64,000 bases of DNA from Sporopachydermia quercuum (GCA_001599295.1 BCGN01000002.1:1860001-1924000), one strand, 5' to 3'; shown: positions 1-12,000, counted from the first letter of the stretch. Notes: a model not told the origin generated them from the letters alone. Made by a program: numbers and translations.

Positions 1-1
1 C

Positions 2-1744
2 AATGTTTTAAATGAGCTTGGCCTCAATGATATGGATGTATCAGTTATCAGAAGTGGATTGAAGAAATCGGAAAGCAAAGATTATAGAGTTTTAGCAACA
101 CAACATCCTATTAACAAAAATATCACTGAAGTTGATGCTAATGGTAATATCATCGCCACTAGTGACAGTGATTCTAACTTATTCAGTCTGAGTNCATCAA
201 ATGCAAATANTCAACTTTTAGCAACTACTACTACAACAACAACTACTACAACGACGACAACAACATTAGAAGGAGCAAGTGAAGGCCAATTAACATCATT
301 AGGTCCAACTTCAGGATTCAATGTTTTGTTATTATCAACATTCCAAAAATATCAGTTATCAAAAACCAATTTTGAGATTAATCCTTGGAAACATCATTTT
401 GAACCATATACGCTAGTTGATGTTTTGGATACTTATTTTACATATATTCATCCAGTTTTCCCAATGGTTAATCATGTCGATATAATACGTTTGGCGCATT
501 CGCCAAATATAAACAAGAAGACATCACAAACTTGTCTTCTATGGTCAATTTTATTTCTAGCTTTCAATCATTCAACTAAAAGGTATGGCCATGATGAAAG
601 ATTTGAAACTAAAGTAATGCATGATCTTGCAACATGTACGTTAGAATGTAAATACTCATTAGAATCAGTTCAAGCATTGCTTATTCAATCATTATATTTT
701 TGGGGACAAGGTTATTGGTCAAATGCTTGGATGATAGTTGGAAATGCCGTACGAATGGCAATGGATCTTTGCTTGCAAGTTTACTCCCCTTCCTCAAGTC
801 CAACAGCTATAAGAACTTGGAAATGTTGCTGCATTATTGATACTTTAATCTCTGGCAGATTAGGGAGATTACCGCAAGTTTCTCCTGATGATTACTTTTC
901 ACAACCTGAACCAGAAACGGCAGAAGAATGGGAATTGTGGAAACCTGCCAGTGCAACAAATGATTTGCCTCAATCTTCTACCTGTGTGTCGGAACCATAT
1001 CGAATGATATCAATCTTCAATGGTTTCCACTCGATCAACAGATTGGCAAATATTATGATTCAAAAGACAAATAAAGCGAATTATAGTGAACAATCACGAG
1101 AAGTTAAAAGGAAGATATTGTACGAGACTTTAGAATATACTCAAGATTGGCTAGCTTCAATGGCCCCTCATATCAAACCTTTGGATTTATTGGCATGGAG
1201 AGATGATTTACAGTTGTTACCTCATCGTGCTAATCTTTACTTTGGTTATGTTTCAATGTACCTTATGTTGTACTTGATAGAAGATTTCAATGATCCAATA
1301 CTTCCTAACGATATTCATTCAGTTGATGATATTGTATCAATGACTTTATCAGTATTGAATAATTTCGTCACAAAATTCCCATCAAAATTTGTGCCAAGTT
1401 TTGAATACTTCTTAAGCTTGGCAATAATTGTTTTGTATAAACATGGATTAGCAAAGGATAAGTTTAAAACATTTGCTGAGATGTTTTCACTGGTACCTGA
1501 AGCTAAAGCATTATTAGATTATCTGAAAAGACTGGCCACCACTTGGTGTGGAGCTAGTGTCACATACGATTACTTTCTAGGCTTGACAGAGGACTTTTCT
1601 GGGGAACTCTCTTCGATTGATATAAATTCTGTGTATAGTACTTTCATGGCTAATTCTTTACAAAACTTTGGTGATTTGAATGATGATTTATTTAGATCTG
1701 ATGCTGCAACAATTGGAGAGATGATCAAAGAGTTTGAGTCATAA
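2..1744 (+). CDS. Fungal-specific transcription factor (Fungal_trans middle homology domain); 5'-truncated, Zn2Cys6 domain probably upstream of the window
   Basis: Frame is open from base 2. Motifs YFTYIHPVFPMV, SVQALLI...AWMIVGNAVRMAMDLCL and RTWKCCCIIDTLISGRLGR are typical of Zn-cluster TF middle regions. Confidence 0.85.
   Translation, partial: NVLNELGLNDMDVSVIRSGLKKSESKDYRVLATQHPINKNITEVDANGNIIATSDSDSNLFSLSXSNANXQLLATTTTTTTTTTTTTTLEGASEGQLTSLGPTSGFNVLLLSTFQKYQLSKTNFEINPWKHHFEPYTLVDVLDTYFTYIHPVFPMVNHVDIIRLAHSPNINKKTSQTCLLWSILFLAFNHSTKRYGHDERFETKVMHDLATCTLECKYSLESVQALLIQSLYFWGQGYWSNAWMIVGNAVRMAMDLCLQVYSPSSSPTAIRTWKCCCIIDTLISGRLGRLPQVSPDDYFSQPEPETAEEWELWKPASATNDLPQSSTCVSEPYRMISIFNGFHSINRLANIMIQKTNKANYSEQSREVKRKILYETLEYTQDWLASMAPHIKPLDLLAWRDDLQLLPHRANLYFGYVSMYLMLYLIEDFNDPILPNDIHSVDDIVSMTLSVLNNFVTKFPSKFVPSFEYFLSLAIIVLYKHGLAKDKFKTFAEMFSLVPEAKALLDYLKRLATTWCGASVTYDYFLGLTEDFSGELSSIDINSVYSTFMANSLQNFGDLNDDLFRSDAATIGEMIKEFES
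224..265 (+). repeat. ACN trinucleotide tract encoding 14 consecutive Thr
   Basis: actactactacaacaacaactactacaacgacgacaacaaca. Confidence 0.9.
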
Positions 1745-1947
1745 CTCAGTAATGATTTTTTTTAGGTGGTAATGAGAATATGATGATATAAGTATATAAC
1801 CCTGACCGCGCAAATTTCAATAATAACAGTAATATCTAATAACTGACTTTGTTGATCGTATTTCAACGGTATTGGCAATGGCAATAGAAACTTCTATCAA
1901 TCTAAGCCTTCTCGAAAAAAATTAAACCGAAAAGAAAATGAAAAAGT

Positions 1948-1975
1948 TTAAAGTTAATTTTTAGCTCAACTTTAA
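1948..1975. repeat. Gapped palindrome TTAAAGTT-N12-AACTTTAA, copy 1
   Basis: Perfect 8-bp arms. The same arms and spacer length recur at 39931-39958. Confidence 0.6.
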
Positions 1976-2302
1976 CCGGTTAAACAGTTTTCCAACCCCC
2001 AAATGGTAAATAATTGCATTAAGTATAAACTCTGTTCAAGCCAGTATATTGTTAGTAAATCTGAAAACATCTATTGAGTCAACCTNAGAAACTTTCAAGC
2101 TTCATCTCAAATATTTCACGCTTAGACAAGTATTTAATATATTCTGTTCCCAGTATAATCCTAGTTAAAGTCAACTGATTTGTATAGCAAAGTGCAAATC
2201 AACNTATCAGCGCCTCAATTGATCGTATACATAGGAGTTGACCTTAGACTATCTCAAAAGGATTCACACTTGATATTCAATATTCAATCAGTTCTGTCAA
2301 TA

Positions 2303-3049
2303 ATGAATGAACCAATCCATCCATATACCTGTTCTCCATTCCCCGTTGGAGAGTTTACACCAAATGGTGATCATACAGATCCTCCATATAAACCCAATGA
2401 TATAACCAAAGGCTTTAGATTAAATCATTTCATGATTAGAATTCGAGATCCTGAAAGATCCTTGAAGTTCTATAAGGAAATAATGGGAATGAGAACAGTC
2501 TTCACCATGAATACTGGTCCTTTCACTATTTATTATTTAGGATTTCCTCAAACTGAAGAGCACAAGGAAGATTTTGAAAAATTTGCTGTTGATACTTTGC
2601 CTGTCATGCAACATACTCTGGGATTGTTAGAATTGTATCATGTCCATGGTACTGAGAAAGAAGAAGAAGGATATTATCAAACTGGTAACAAACCGCCCGC
2701 TTTAGGCTTTGGTCATTTAGGATTTACCGTGCCTGATGTTCCTAAAGCTTTAGAAAGAATGAAAGAATATGGAGTTCCCATTATTAAGGATTTGGGTGTG
2801 TCAACAAGGGAAACTATTCCACTGAGCGACTATGAAAAGGAAAAAGGAATTGGCCTAGGAGGCTTACACGAAGAATACAACAAAGTATTCAGACAGATTG
2901 CATTTGTACAAGATCCTGTAAGTAAACTCATAGGTGAATGGCATATTTAACAATATGTGCTTTAACTAATTTAGTGATACTAGCATTACTAACTATGTTA
3001 ATTTTAGGATGGATATTTTGTGGAATTGGTACCACAAGATATGAAATAA
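2303..3049 (+). CDS. Glyoxalase I / VOC-family protein (single domain); exons 2303-2917 and 3008-3049
   Basis: LNHFMIRIRDPERSLKFY, LLELYH and GFGHLGF. Splicing (GTAAGT 2918, TACTAAC 2987, TAG 3007) restores the conserved QDP|DGYFVELV end. Confidence 0.9.
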
Positions 3050-3546
3050 TGATTATTTACTTGATAATGAGAGAACTATGATAAGTACGGTGAATCAACG
3101 AGGACGCTTATATCGTAGATACTTACAAATATAACTAAACATCATAATTATAAACCATAAACCCCACGGAACCAAAAAATCATAAGAATTTGATTTTGGC
3201 AGCTCATGTAATATTTCATTACTAATATCCGTATAGCCTAGAGGTGTGCTTCTAGTATAATCAGGAGCCANTGAGTTCTTATTACCAATCACCACCGTCA
3301 AGGTTATTTTCGATACCAGTACTTACGTTATCCATTCTTCAAACGGCAGTTTGCTATATTATTTACAGTCGAACTTGTAGACAACTCTTCTCCCATATTG
3401 AGCACCGAAACCTCCGTTCAATAAACCATTCAAACAACAATTAGTAAGAATTACTGTTCTTTCCGAGATAAGATTTGAATCAGAGAATAAGATTGTGGAG
3501 AAATTACTGTCAATAAGCTGTCTGGTAAACTTTAATTCTCCGTTCA

Positions 3547-3559
3547 ACCCCACAAATTT
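3547..3559 (-). promoter_or_regulatory. Putative Mig1/CreA site (AAATTTGTGGGGT)
   Basis: SYGGRG core with AT-rich 5' flank; identical 13-mer at 10812-10824. Confidence 0.4.
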
Positions 3560-4243
3560 TAAATGATTGGTCTTGAAAACGTCTCGATGGGATACACTGA
3601 CAACCCAGTGATTTTGAACTAGATAGACATTGAGGCAAAAATATAATTGGAGAATGGGTCAAGTGAAAATTGATCTTTTAACGGTTCATCTTCAACTCTT
3701 TACTATCCACGGAGTTGAGCCATAGATATTGAAAACAGAGAATATATAAATTTACATCAGTAGGTCAAATTCTCGTTAATCCACTGAACATCGGCAAGCT
3801 TTTACGAACTTGGATANTCTTCCTTTAAACTCAATTCAAAGTACAACTTAAATCTTAAATATACCAAGTGTATTCATTCGTTTTTCCGAATACTTTTCAG
3901 GTCTCTCTCATTGCTTGAGCCTATCTATTCATCATAGTTATTGTTACTGATATTGCCCCTTTTGCTATCATATTGAATACAAAAAGTTTTACTAGGGAAA
4001 CCGGGGTTTTGATTATACACAGTTTCTTCATCTTATTAATCAACGAACAAGGTACTATCGTATAAATGAACTTATTTCCTCCATCTCTTTGATTCTATCT
4101 CCAACTAATTGTTATCTTTTTAGTTTTGATTGAACATCAACCATAAACAGTTTGAAGGTATAATTGCTACTCTAACAAATAAAAACACACACACGTAATC
4201 TTATATTCAAACATATATTCGGATTCAGTTATTCTATATCAAA

Positions 4244-5059
4244 ATGCCTGTTGGAATTGTTACTGGTGGTGCCTCTGGCATTGGTTTAGCTGTCGCTAAG
4301 ATGCTACTTGAAAAAGGATACAATGTTGCAATTGGTGATATGAATGCTGAAGGTGGTCAAAAGATTGCTGAAGAGTTAGGAGAAAATGTTATTTTTGTTC
4401 AAACCAATGTCGCTGATTGGGACTCTCAATTGAACCTTTTCAAGACCGCGTATGATAAATGGGGTAGTGTTGATTATGTCGCAGCCAATGCTGGTATTGA
4501 TGATAAATTTAGTTTGACTGATCCTGTTGATATCAGTGAATTGAAGAAACCGAATTTGATTACTTTAGAGGTCGATTTATATGGTCCAATTTACTCTGCT
4601 TACATTGCTTCAAATTATTTCAGAAAGAATAATGGCACAGGGGGTAGAATTGTTATCACCAGTTCAAATGCTGGCTTATACCCTCTTTATACAAATCCTA
4701 TCTATACCAGTGCCAAACATGCAATTGTTGGGTTGGTCAGAGCTCTAGGCCCTGCTTTAAAGAAAGACAATATTACTATCAATTGTGTTTGTCCTGCTTT
4801 TGTTCCAACAAATTTGGCTCCAAAAGAACTATTGAAAATCTTCCCTAAGGAACATATCACTCCCATGTCAACTGTTATCAAGGCATTCCAATCATTTGAA
4901 GAAGATGGTGAATTGACAGGTCAAGTTGCCCATTGTTCTTTAGGTGATGTTTTCTATCGCAAGATGATTGATTTCCCTAATGAAAGTGAACGATGGATGT
5001 TTGAAGAAAGCGATAAAATCTGGTCAAATGGTTATGGTCAAGAAGAAGGAGACCTATAA
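4244..5059 (+). CDS. Short-chain dehydrogenase/reductase (15-hydroxyprostaglandin-DH-like, probably NAD-dependent)
   Basis: TGGASGIG, acidic residue after beta2 (IGDMN), ANAG, catalytic YTSAK. Confidence 0.9.
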   Translation: MPVGIVTGGASGIGLAVAKMLLEKGYNVAIGDMNAEGGQKIAEELGENVIFVQTNVADWDSQLNLFKTAYDKWGSVDYVAANAGIDDKFSLTDPVDISELKKPNLITLEVDLYGPIYSAYIASNYFRKNNGTGGRIVITSSNAGLYPLYTNPIYTSAKHAIVGLVRALGPALKKDNITINCVCPAFVPTNLAPKELLKIFPKEHITPMSTVIKAFQSFEEDGELTGQVAHCSLGDVFYRKMIDFPNESERWMFEESDKIWSNGYGQEEGDL

Positions 5060-5527
5060 CATGTATAGTTATTAGCGTAATGTATATTGCTTATGGTAAA
5101 ATGTTATTATGAAATTATTGTTATGAGAAACTTGTAAATAAATTGAGGGATTGCAGATAGTTTTCTAGGTCACCTAAGTTACACACTGTACTCTTATTAA
5201 TACATTGATAATACTAAAAGTGCAAGGAATGCTCTGCTCGTGTAAGAACATAGATAGATAGCAACTGTAAAGCCGTTTATGGAACGATTGGACAGTAGTA
5301 TCCAGCCTGACTGTTAACCTTCAAAACGAATTCAAGCTATTTCAACTAATACACTTTTATCGAATTCTTTGAATATATGGGATGATTCCAATACTATCAT
5401 TGAACTCAACTTAATGACACCAGAGGAAATACCTTTCTGATCACTTCACTACTTTTTTACAACATGTTCAGACTCAATAGACATATTATATAATCCATGC
5501 ATTCTCGTTTCTATAAAATTATTTGCT

Positions 5528-6442
5528 CTATTTCTTACATTCATCACGATCAGTCCAGCCAGTACCATCTCCCAAAATAACTTGACCCTTGTTCAAAGCA
5601 ATGGAATTCTCTTCTCCTAACCAAATCTTCTCGGTTTCATCAATTCCACGTTCAACCAACCAACCTTTTCCTCCACCAACAAACAATGATTCACCCTGCA
5701 CAGTAGGATCAAGTGTTAAAGCCAAAACATTTTNAGCGAGTTCTTCAGGAGTGTTTTCAGGTAGATTGTTCGCTTCCCAAGCCTCTTTGATACCATCAAC
5801 CATACCTGTTAATGTCATCCAAGGGCACACAGCGTTCACTCTAATAATATCAGAAACGGGAGGGTATTTTCTCAATGATCTCATAAGACCAATGACACCA
5901 TGTTTTGTGAATTGGTAAACAAACAAACCAGGTGACTCTTTGAAACCAGCAACTGAGGCAAATAATGTAAGAGTCTTGTTATCTCCTTCTTTTCTACCTT
6001 GTTTCAAATAGGCATAAGCGATTCTGGCAAAATAGAGAGTACCAAAAGTATTGACATTGGCAACAATATTAGTTTCGGGAGTCTTGACAGATTCAATATC
6101 AAGATTTGGATCAAACCAGTTACCAAATTCTGTCAAACCTGCGCAATTGATTGCATGGTCAACTCTGCCAAACTTCTTATAAGCGGTATCAAATAAGTTG
6201 AGGATTTGGTCGTAGCTGGTAACATCAGTCTTCACGAATGCAACTGAATCTTTGTATTCAGCAGGTAAAGAAGCAAGGAAAACTTCTGCGTTTTTCTCTA
6301 CAATATCACCAAACACTACCTTGGCTCCACTTTCAAGGAACAATCTCACAGTAGCAGCTCCAATGCCGTTAGCACCACCAGTAAGAACAAGAACTTGATC
6401 CTTAACGTTGCCGAATTTTGAGTCGTCGATTGTTAAATACAT
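5528..6442 (-). CDS. Short-chain dehydrogenase/reductase
   Basis: TGGANGIG, FGDIV, NCAG, catalytic YQFTK, RVNAVCPW. Confidence 0.9.
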   Translation of the reverse strand: MYLTIDDSKFGNVKDQVLVLTGGANGIGAATVRLFLESGAKVVFGDIVEKNAEVFLASLPAEYKDSVAFVKTDVTSYDQILNLFDTAYKKFGRVDHAINCAGLTEFGNWFDPNLDIESVKTPETNIVANVNTFGTLYFARIAYAYLKQGRKEGDNKTLTLFASVAGFKESPGLFVYQFTKHGVIGLMRSLRKYPPVSDIIRVNAVCPWMTLTGMVDGIKEAWEANNLPENTPEELAXNVLALTLDPTVQGESLFVGGGKGWLVERGIDETEKIWLGEENSIALNKGQVILGDGTGWTDRDECKK

Positions 6443-7645
6443 TGTGAAAATTGTAAGCAGATTGCAAAAGCGAGCTGTTGTAAATACAATAGGATATCAA
6501 TCTGTAAACTATTATATTATTAAAATGTCAAGATTGCTTTAAATTAACAAGCTCTATAGTGTTGTTGAGCAATCAAAACTAAGCAGAGTTCCTTCTTTTA
6601 TAAGACGAAACAAGAATTTATAGATAGGTATAGATTTAAAGTTCGACTAAAGCTTCATGTACCGACGAGAAATGTCACTAAAAATTACATTAAGAATTTT
6701 AGAGTATACCGAAAATACGGGGTAGCAGTGGAGCTCTTATTGGAGTGAGAAGATATGATTTACCAAAAAGAAGTGGAAAAATATGGGGAATATCCGGCAA
6801 ACTGTTTCGTATTATATCAGTCTGATATTTGATGTTTTCTTGAATCACTTGTGAAATCATACTAAATAATAGGAACTGTGTAGAATCTCAAAAGATATGC
6901 TACTCAATTACTACTATTTCATCAGTTTCGTCAACCTTTCACTGTAATTCTTCTATTAGATTCTAATCTCCGTGCCATCTTTCTTTCCTTATATCGTCCC
7001 ATTATAATATTATAGTTGGGAGGTATAGTTCATTCATACGTTAGAAAATCTCAGCCATAGGTGTTCATAACTCCTATTAGCAGAATCAGACCGGAGAAAC
7101 TATTAAACCTTTTCAGTGAAAGCTTAGGCACTTAAAGTATAGGAAACTTTGATTTCGGTTATACTTATCATCTCGGAGTCACCTTTCATTTTTTGGTCTA
7201 TCAAACCTTCTATGTGAAGACAGTACTACTATTCAATTTATCATTTCATTAATTATATGATCCATTCATTTACTTACTAAAGAAAAACAGAACATCTGTT
7301 ACAAATAAAGACATAAAAGGTCGCCCGGCCCGAATCATTGGAAAGAGATTTAAGCTTCTGAAACTGAGCAATAAAAATAGAATGTCTTTGTAAAAGTCTT
7401 CTTGTTTTGTTGTTCATGTAAATCTACAGGACTCTTTCGTTTGATTGCATCTGAAGATCTCGTTACCTTTTTACACCTTTTTGCGTGATTAATAAACTAC
7501 TAGATGATTCTAGTTATTGATTATTGATTATTGTTTTATTATCTTTTTTTGTGGTTTTTTAAAGCTTAACAGCTATCATCAAGTTCATCCTTTCGAACAA
7601 GCTTTCATTCAGCCCATCAATCAAATTTCACACCGTTTCCTATCC

Positions 7646-8566
7646 ATGATGAGCCAAATAATTGATGACAAATCTCAGCATTGCATACCTTTCATAATTG
7701 AAAAATTGACGGAATTTCAAAATAAGTATCCTTCAGATAATGTTCCTACATTCTTCATTGGTATAAACGGTCTACAAGGTATTGGTAAGACAACTCTTGT
7801 TAATTTACTATACACAACTTTATCGAAACCTCCTTATTCTTTACCAGTGTCAGTGTTATCAATTGACGACCTTTATTTAACTCACGATGAACAAGTGAAA
7901 TTAGCAAATGAGAATAAACAGAATAAATTAGTTCAACACAGAGGTCAACCAGGTACACATGATCTGAAATTAGGTGGAGACCTATTCAATTCGTTAGTCA
8001 ATCAACAGCCGTCATTAATACCAGTTTACGATAAATCGAAATTCAATGGACAAGGCGATAGACTAGACAAAAGCCATTGGATTCCAATCAATGAAAGTAA
8101 AGAGAAGGTAATAAAAGTTGTTATTTTCGAAGGATGGTGTGTTGGATTTAAAGCGGTACCTGACGAAGAAATTCTTCAGAAATGGAAAGAAAGTGTCGAT
8201 AATCATGATAAACCAGGATATAAATATACAACGTTATGGCAACATAGTATTGAAGATTTACTATTTATCAATGAGAATCTGAAAAAATATGATGTTCTAA
8301 CCAATAGGTTGAATCTTATGATTCATATTGATGCTGAAAATACTGAATATGTATATAAATGGAGATTACAACAAGAACAACAATTAAGGGAAGAAAAAGG
8401 AGTTGGAATGTCTGATGAAGAGGTTAAGAAGTTTGTTGATAGTTATTATCCCGCTTATGAATTGTATTCTGATAAGTTAAGAAGTGGAATCATGACTGAT
8501 CCAGGACTACAGCTGAGAGTTATTGTCAACGAAGATAGAAGGGTTGTTAGAGTTGTAAAATTATAG
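7646..8566 (+). CDS. P-loop kinase, Tda10 / D-glycerate 3-kinase (GLYK)-like
   Basis: GLQGIGKT Walker A, SIDDLY, RGQPGTHD, YDKSKFNGQGDR, FEGWCVGF, WRLQQE. First ATG at 7646; the ORF-track start at 7517 is a TTG. Confidence 0.85.
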   Translation: MMSQIIDDKSQHCIPFIIEKLTEFQNKYPSDNVPTFFIGINGLQGIGKTTLVNLLYTTLSKPPYSLPVSVLSIDDLYLTHDEQVKLANENKQNKLVQHRGQPGTHDLKLGGDLFNSLVNQQPSLIPVYDKSKFNGQGDRLDKSHWIPINESKEKVIKVVIFEGWCVGFKAVPDEEILQKWKESVDNHDKPGYKYTTLWQHSIEDLLFINENLKKYDVLTNRLNLMIHIDAENTEYVYKWRLQQEQQLREEKGVGMSDEEVKKFVDSYYPAYELYSDKLRSGIMTDPGLQLRVIVNEDRRVVRVVKL

Positions 8567-8677
8567 GTTAATTCTTTTTTCTTACTATTATCGTATTTAG
8601 TATTGATTTTCAATATATAAATTAATCTAACTTACAATTACTATAACTAATGTCTTCAATCTACTTCCTTATTTACA

Positions 8678-10210
8678 CTATACAAATACGTAAGGGCGGA
8701 TTAATTTACCAATCTTTTCAGTTGTATCANGATCAAGCTGAAATAATGAATACCCATCGGCAAATCCGATTTTAGTAATATCTTTTCGACTTCTGTATTC
8801 ATTCCAGGGATTCTCACCATGGATGAACTCAATTGCTTTAATGCCAAAGCCAGTAATTTGTTTCAATTCTTTCTCTGGTAAATAATCTCTGAAATTTTGC
8901 AGCAAACTTGCAATATCAAATATGTGATTTGCTTTACCTTTGAAAGGACCTTCGAATGGATTACCAACATTGAATTCGTAACCAAAAACTTTTAAATAGT
9001 CCTTTGATAATTCCATTGATGCAACTGCATAACTTGCAAATAACAGATCACCAAGATACTGACATAAAAAGACAAATGACTCATCAGGGTTAAGGTCATC
9101 AATAGGTTTAATATCGTCAAGGATCCTATTAATGAGCAGCTTATTAGCTTCATCTGATCTTTTCTCATTGAGATACTGCTTGAATTCTTCAACATAACCA
9201 TCTTTCCTTAAAGCTGAAATAAACTGGATGATCGCTCCGTCGTTGTTAGCGTATCCTTTCATTAGAGCATCGCACCATTTATATCCAGCGACTTTACTAT
9301 CAGACTTATAATCGCTGAGAGTCGTAGCGGTGAAAAATTCACCTTCCGCTAAAACTCCTTGACCAAATGTTTTACCAATGAATTCTTCAGCAGGAATTGC
9401 TCTCAAGGCTTCCAATTTCTCATTTATGGTTTTCTCTGGACTAATATCAAATATTTTCAATAAATTAGCAAATGATTCATCATGATCCTTGATAGGTCGT
9501 GGGGGAAGCATAAACAACTCACCAGACATAGTGATTGCTCTTGAAAATAGCTTTTCTTTGGATTGAAGTAAACCAGTTACAATAACAGATCCAGCACTTT
9601 CTCCTATTGCAGTTATATTATTGCTATTACCACCAAAGCCTGAAATGTATTTCTTGACCCATTCAATCGCAAGATTTGCATCATAGATTGGTCCATTGCC
9701 TTCAATACCTACTTCTCTTAACTCTGTAGATGTAAGCAAACCAAACAATCCCAATCTATAGTTGATACCAACCGTAATTATGGGTTTGGCACTCTTCACT
9801 GATAATTCAACTAGCTTGTCACTTTGAAGCTGGGGCCAGCAATTGGCACCTAAGATGAATGCACCACCATGGATAATGAATAAAACAGGAAATCCTTCCT
9901 TTGGGGGTTCGACGTTTGGAACGCTGATATTCAAATTCAGACATTCAAATTCACTGAAAGTGTTGCAAGCATCATTTTGCTCTAGCTCATGCTGTAATAA
10001 TGTTAATTCTCCTGAACAAGTACCAGGCACTTGGTAAGAAGAAGGACCAAATGATGTAGCAATTGGGTTGATTGGGGTATGAAGAGTAGCTTTAGCGAAT
10101 CTTTCTTTCACCGTTCCATATTTTAATCCAAGGAATTGATTGACTGTAGCTATCTTTTTTATACCCGTGACAGTACCAAGCTGTGGATGGTTGATAGTTA
10201 TTTCAGACAT
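8678..10210 (-). CDS. Type-B carboxylesterase (alpha/beta hydrolase)
   Basis: ECLNLNI, IHGGAF, NYRLG, nucleophile motif GESAG, acid in NNDG, His in ANHIFD. Confidence 0.9.
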   Translation of the reverse strand: MSEITINHPQLGTVTGIKKIATVNQFLGLKYGTVKERFAKATLHTPINPIATSFGPSSYQVPGTCSGELTLLQHELEQNDACNTFSEFECLNLNISVPNVEPPKEGFPVLFIIHGGAFILGANCWPQLQSDKLVELSVKSAKPIITVGINYRLGLFGLLTSTELREVGIEGNGPIYDANLAIEWVKKYISGFGGNSNNITAIGESAGSVIVTGLLQSKEKLFSRAITMSGELFMLPPRPIKDHDESFANLLKIFDISPEKTINEKLEALRAIPAEEFIGKTFGQGVLAEGEFFTATTLSDYKSDSKVAGYKWCDALMKGYANNDGAIIQFISALRKDGYVEEFKQYLNEKRSDEANKLLINRILDDIKPIDDLNPDESFVFLCQYLGDLLFASYAVASMELSKDYLKVFGYEFNVGNPFEGPFKGKANHIFDIASLLQNFRDYLPEKELKQITGFGIKAIEFIHGENPWNEYRSRKDITKIGFADGYSLFQLDXDTTEKIGKLIRPYVFV

Positions 10211-10811
10211 GATAATCTTATGTTGATAATAGAGATACTTAACTTATATTTAACTTGTACTTAATAGTGAGGTGGTTATAATCAGTCGTCAGAGTAGTCA
10301 AATATATGTGATCGGATTGATTGCAATTGCTTGATAATAATGTCATACCAGAGTTCTTTGTTCAGTTTTCACAAAATGTGAACCTGGAGCTGTTTATCAA
10401 TTGCTTNATTGTCTGGAAACCTACATGAAATAGCTAGATATTCTTTGATTTATAATGAAGAACAATGAAATTTCAATCCTTCAATATAATGGATAATTAA
10501 AGTTTAAAGTATTCATTCATTCACGGTGGGGAAATTAGCCAAACAACAAAAAAAAAAATCGAAGGTTATTTGGACTGCCTAAACTCTATGCCAGTAGGAA
10601 CGATTAGATCAACAACTATCGAAGTATTCATTGATTGTTCATACAGCAGCACGTTTATTTCTACAATTTGAAGTACAGCTTGCAAAGGAGAACGAATGGA
10701 ATCAATTTGAACACCACTTCATTCAGTTTATTTGCGAGGATATTGATCTGTTCAGAGTTTCGTAAGCTTGCATAGGAAGGAAACTCTCACATTAAAATGG
10801 CATTTACTTGC

Positions 10812-10824
10812 ACCCCACAAATTT
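10812..10824 (-). promoter_or_regulatory. Putative Mig1/CreA site in the esterase/VAO divergent promoter
   Basis: ACCCCACAAATTT; further SYGGRG cores at 10526, 11395 and 11481. Confidence 0.4.
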
Positions 10825-12000
10825 CCGATTGCCATTATCTATGAGCTGGACTGTTTCACTGTTATTAATGTGTTGTTAATCTGTTATTAATTGTTAAGGA
10901 AAGTAAGAAGTTGGTTTTGTCGAGACATCACTAGTTGGCATCTAGCATTCTGGAGTAGTATGTGAAGATGGTGATTACGTTCCAACTTCAAGCATGGATA
11001 ACGATCACTAGTCAGTTGTTTAGGAGAGTAGAGATACAAACTTAAGACCTGAAAATTAAATATACAAAATGTCAAGTGTATGCTTTCAATTTTATTCTAT
11101 TTCAGGATTTCATGATAATATACTTCTTGTTTTATTTTCCTTCACATGCATACTCCCTGAGGGACAGCCTCAAGGTGAATAGAAATTGTCTATCTCCTAG
11201 CTTATCTCATCGATCCTTTTCTGAACACCAACGAACAACTACTTTTTTTCTTTCTCTTTCTTAACCTTTGATCTTATTTCATGCAACGCATGTAGGTAGC
11301 ATCATGAACAGTTTATTCGACTCACCTTTTCGTTTCCCCATTCTGTTTCGTTTCGTTTCCATCTCATTCCTCAACTTCTACCGTCGAAGAGTTTCCCCGG
11401 GATCTCTTATGTGTACGAAAACAAAATTAACCGTTTCCATAAACTTTAACAGAAAGCTTAAGCTTAAGTTAATAAACATCCTGGGGTAAAACTTTAACTT
11501 TATAGCTCTAACCTCTCTTTTTCTCCCTTCTCATCTGATTTCTCAATTGATAAGTACCACGCTCTTGTCTTTTACAATAATAATCCACTAAAAAGCCTTT
11601 TTTATTAATCATCAATATAAATCTAGAGCATTAAAGTTGGTTCTTGTTCATAATACTGTGGGATTCACTCTGTATCATTGGCTTAAACTACCTTAATTGT
11701 ATACACATATCTTCTTGGCCCATCTGATCTTTGTTTTTCTATTGATTTCACTTCAGTTTTGATTAGGGGAGACGTTCCATTAAGATTATCTGGGTCCTTC
11801 ATTAATATTGTATCGGACTACACACATGGCTCTTAATGCTCACTGCTTAGTGATTGCATCTCCAAGAAATCTATAAAAGCAGCTGTCATCCTATTCAGAT
11901 AGTATATAAATTCTGTATCTGTCTCGGCTGATCACTCTACTACCATAGTTCTTTATTTAATGATAAACAGAATATAACTTAATAAAGCTATTTACTCATC

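Noticed and set aside
2180..2302. ORF-track N-terminal extensions from TTG starts (also 7517-7645 and 50851-50862)
   Set aside because: Eukaryotic genes; the downstream ATGs coincide with the start of recognisable protein sequence.
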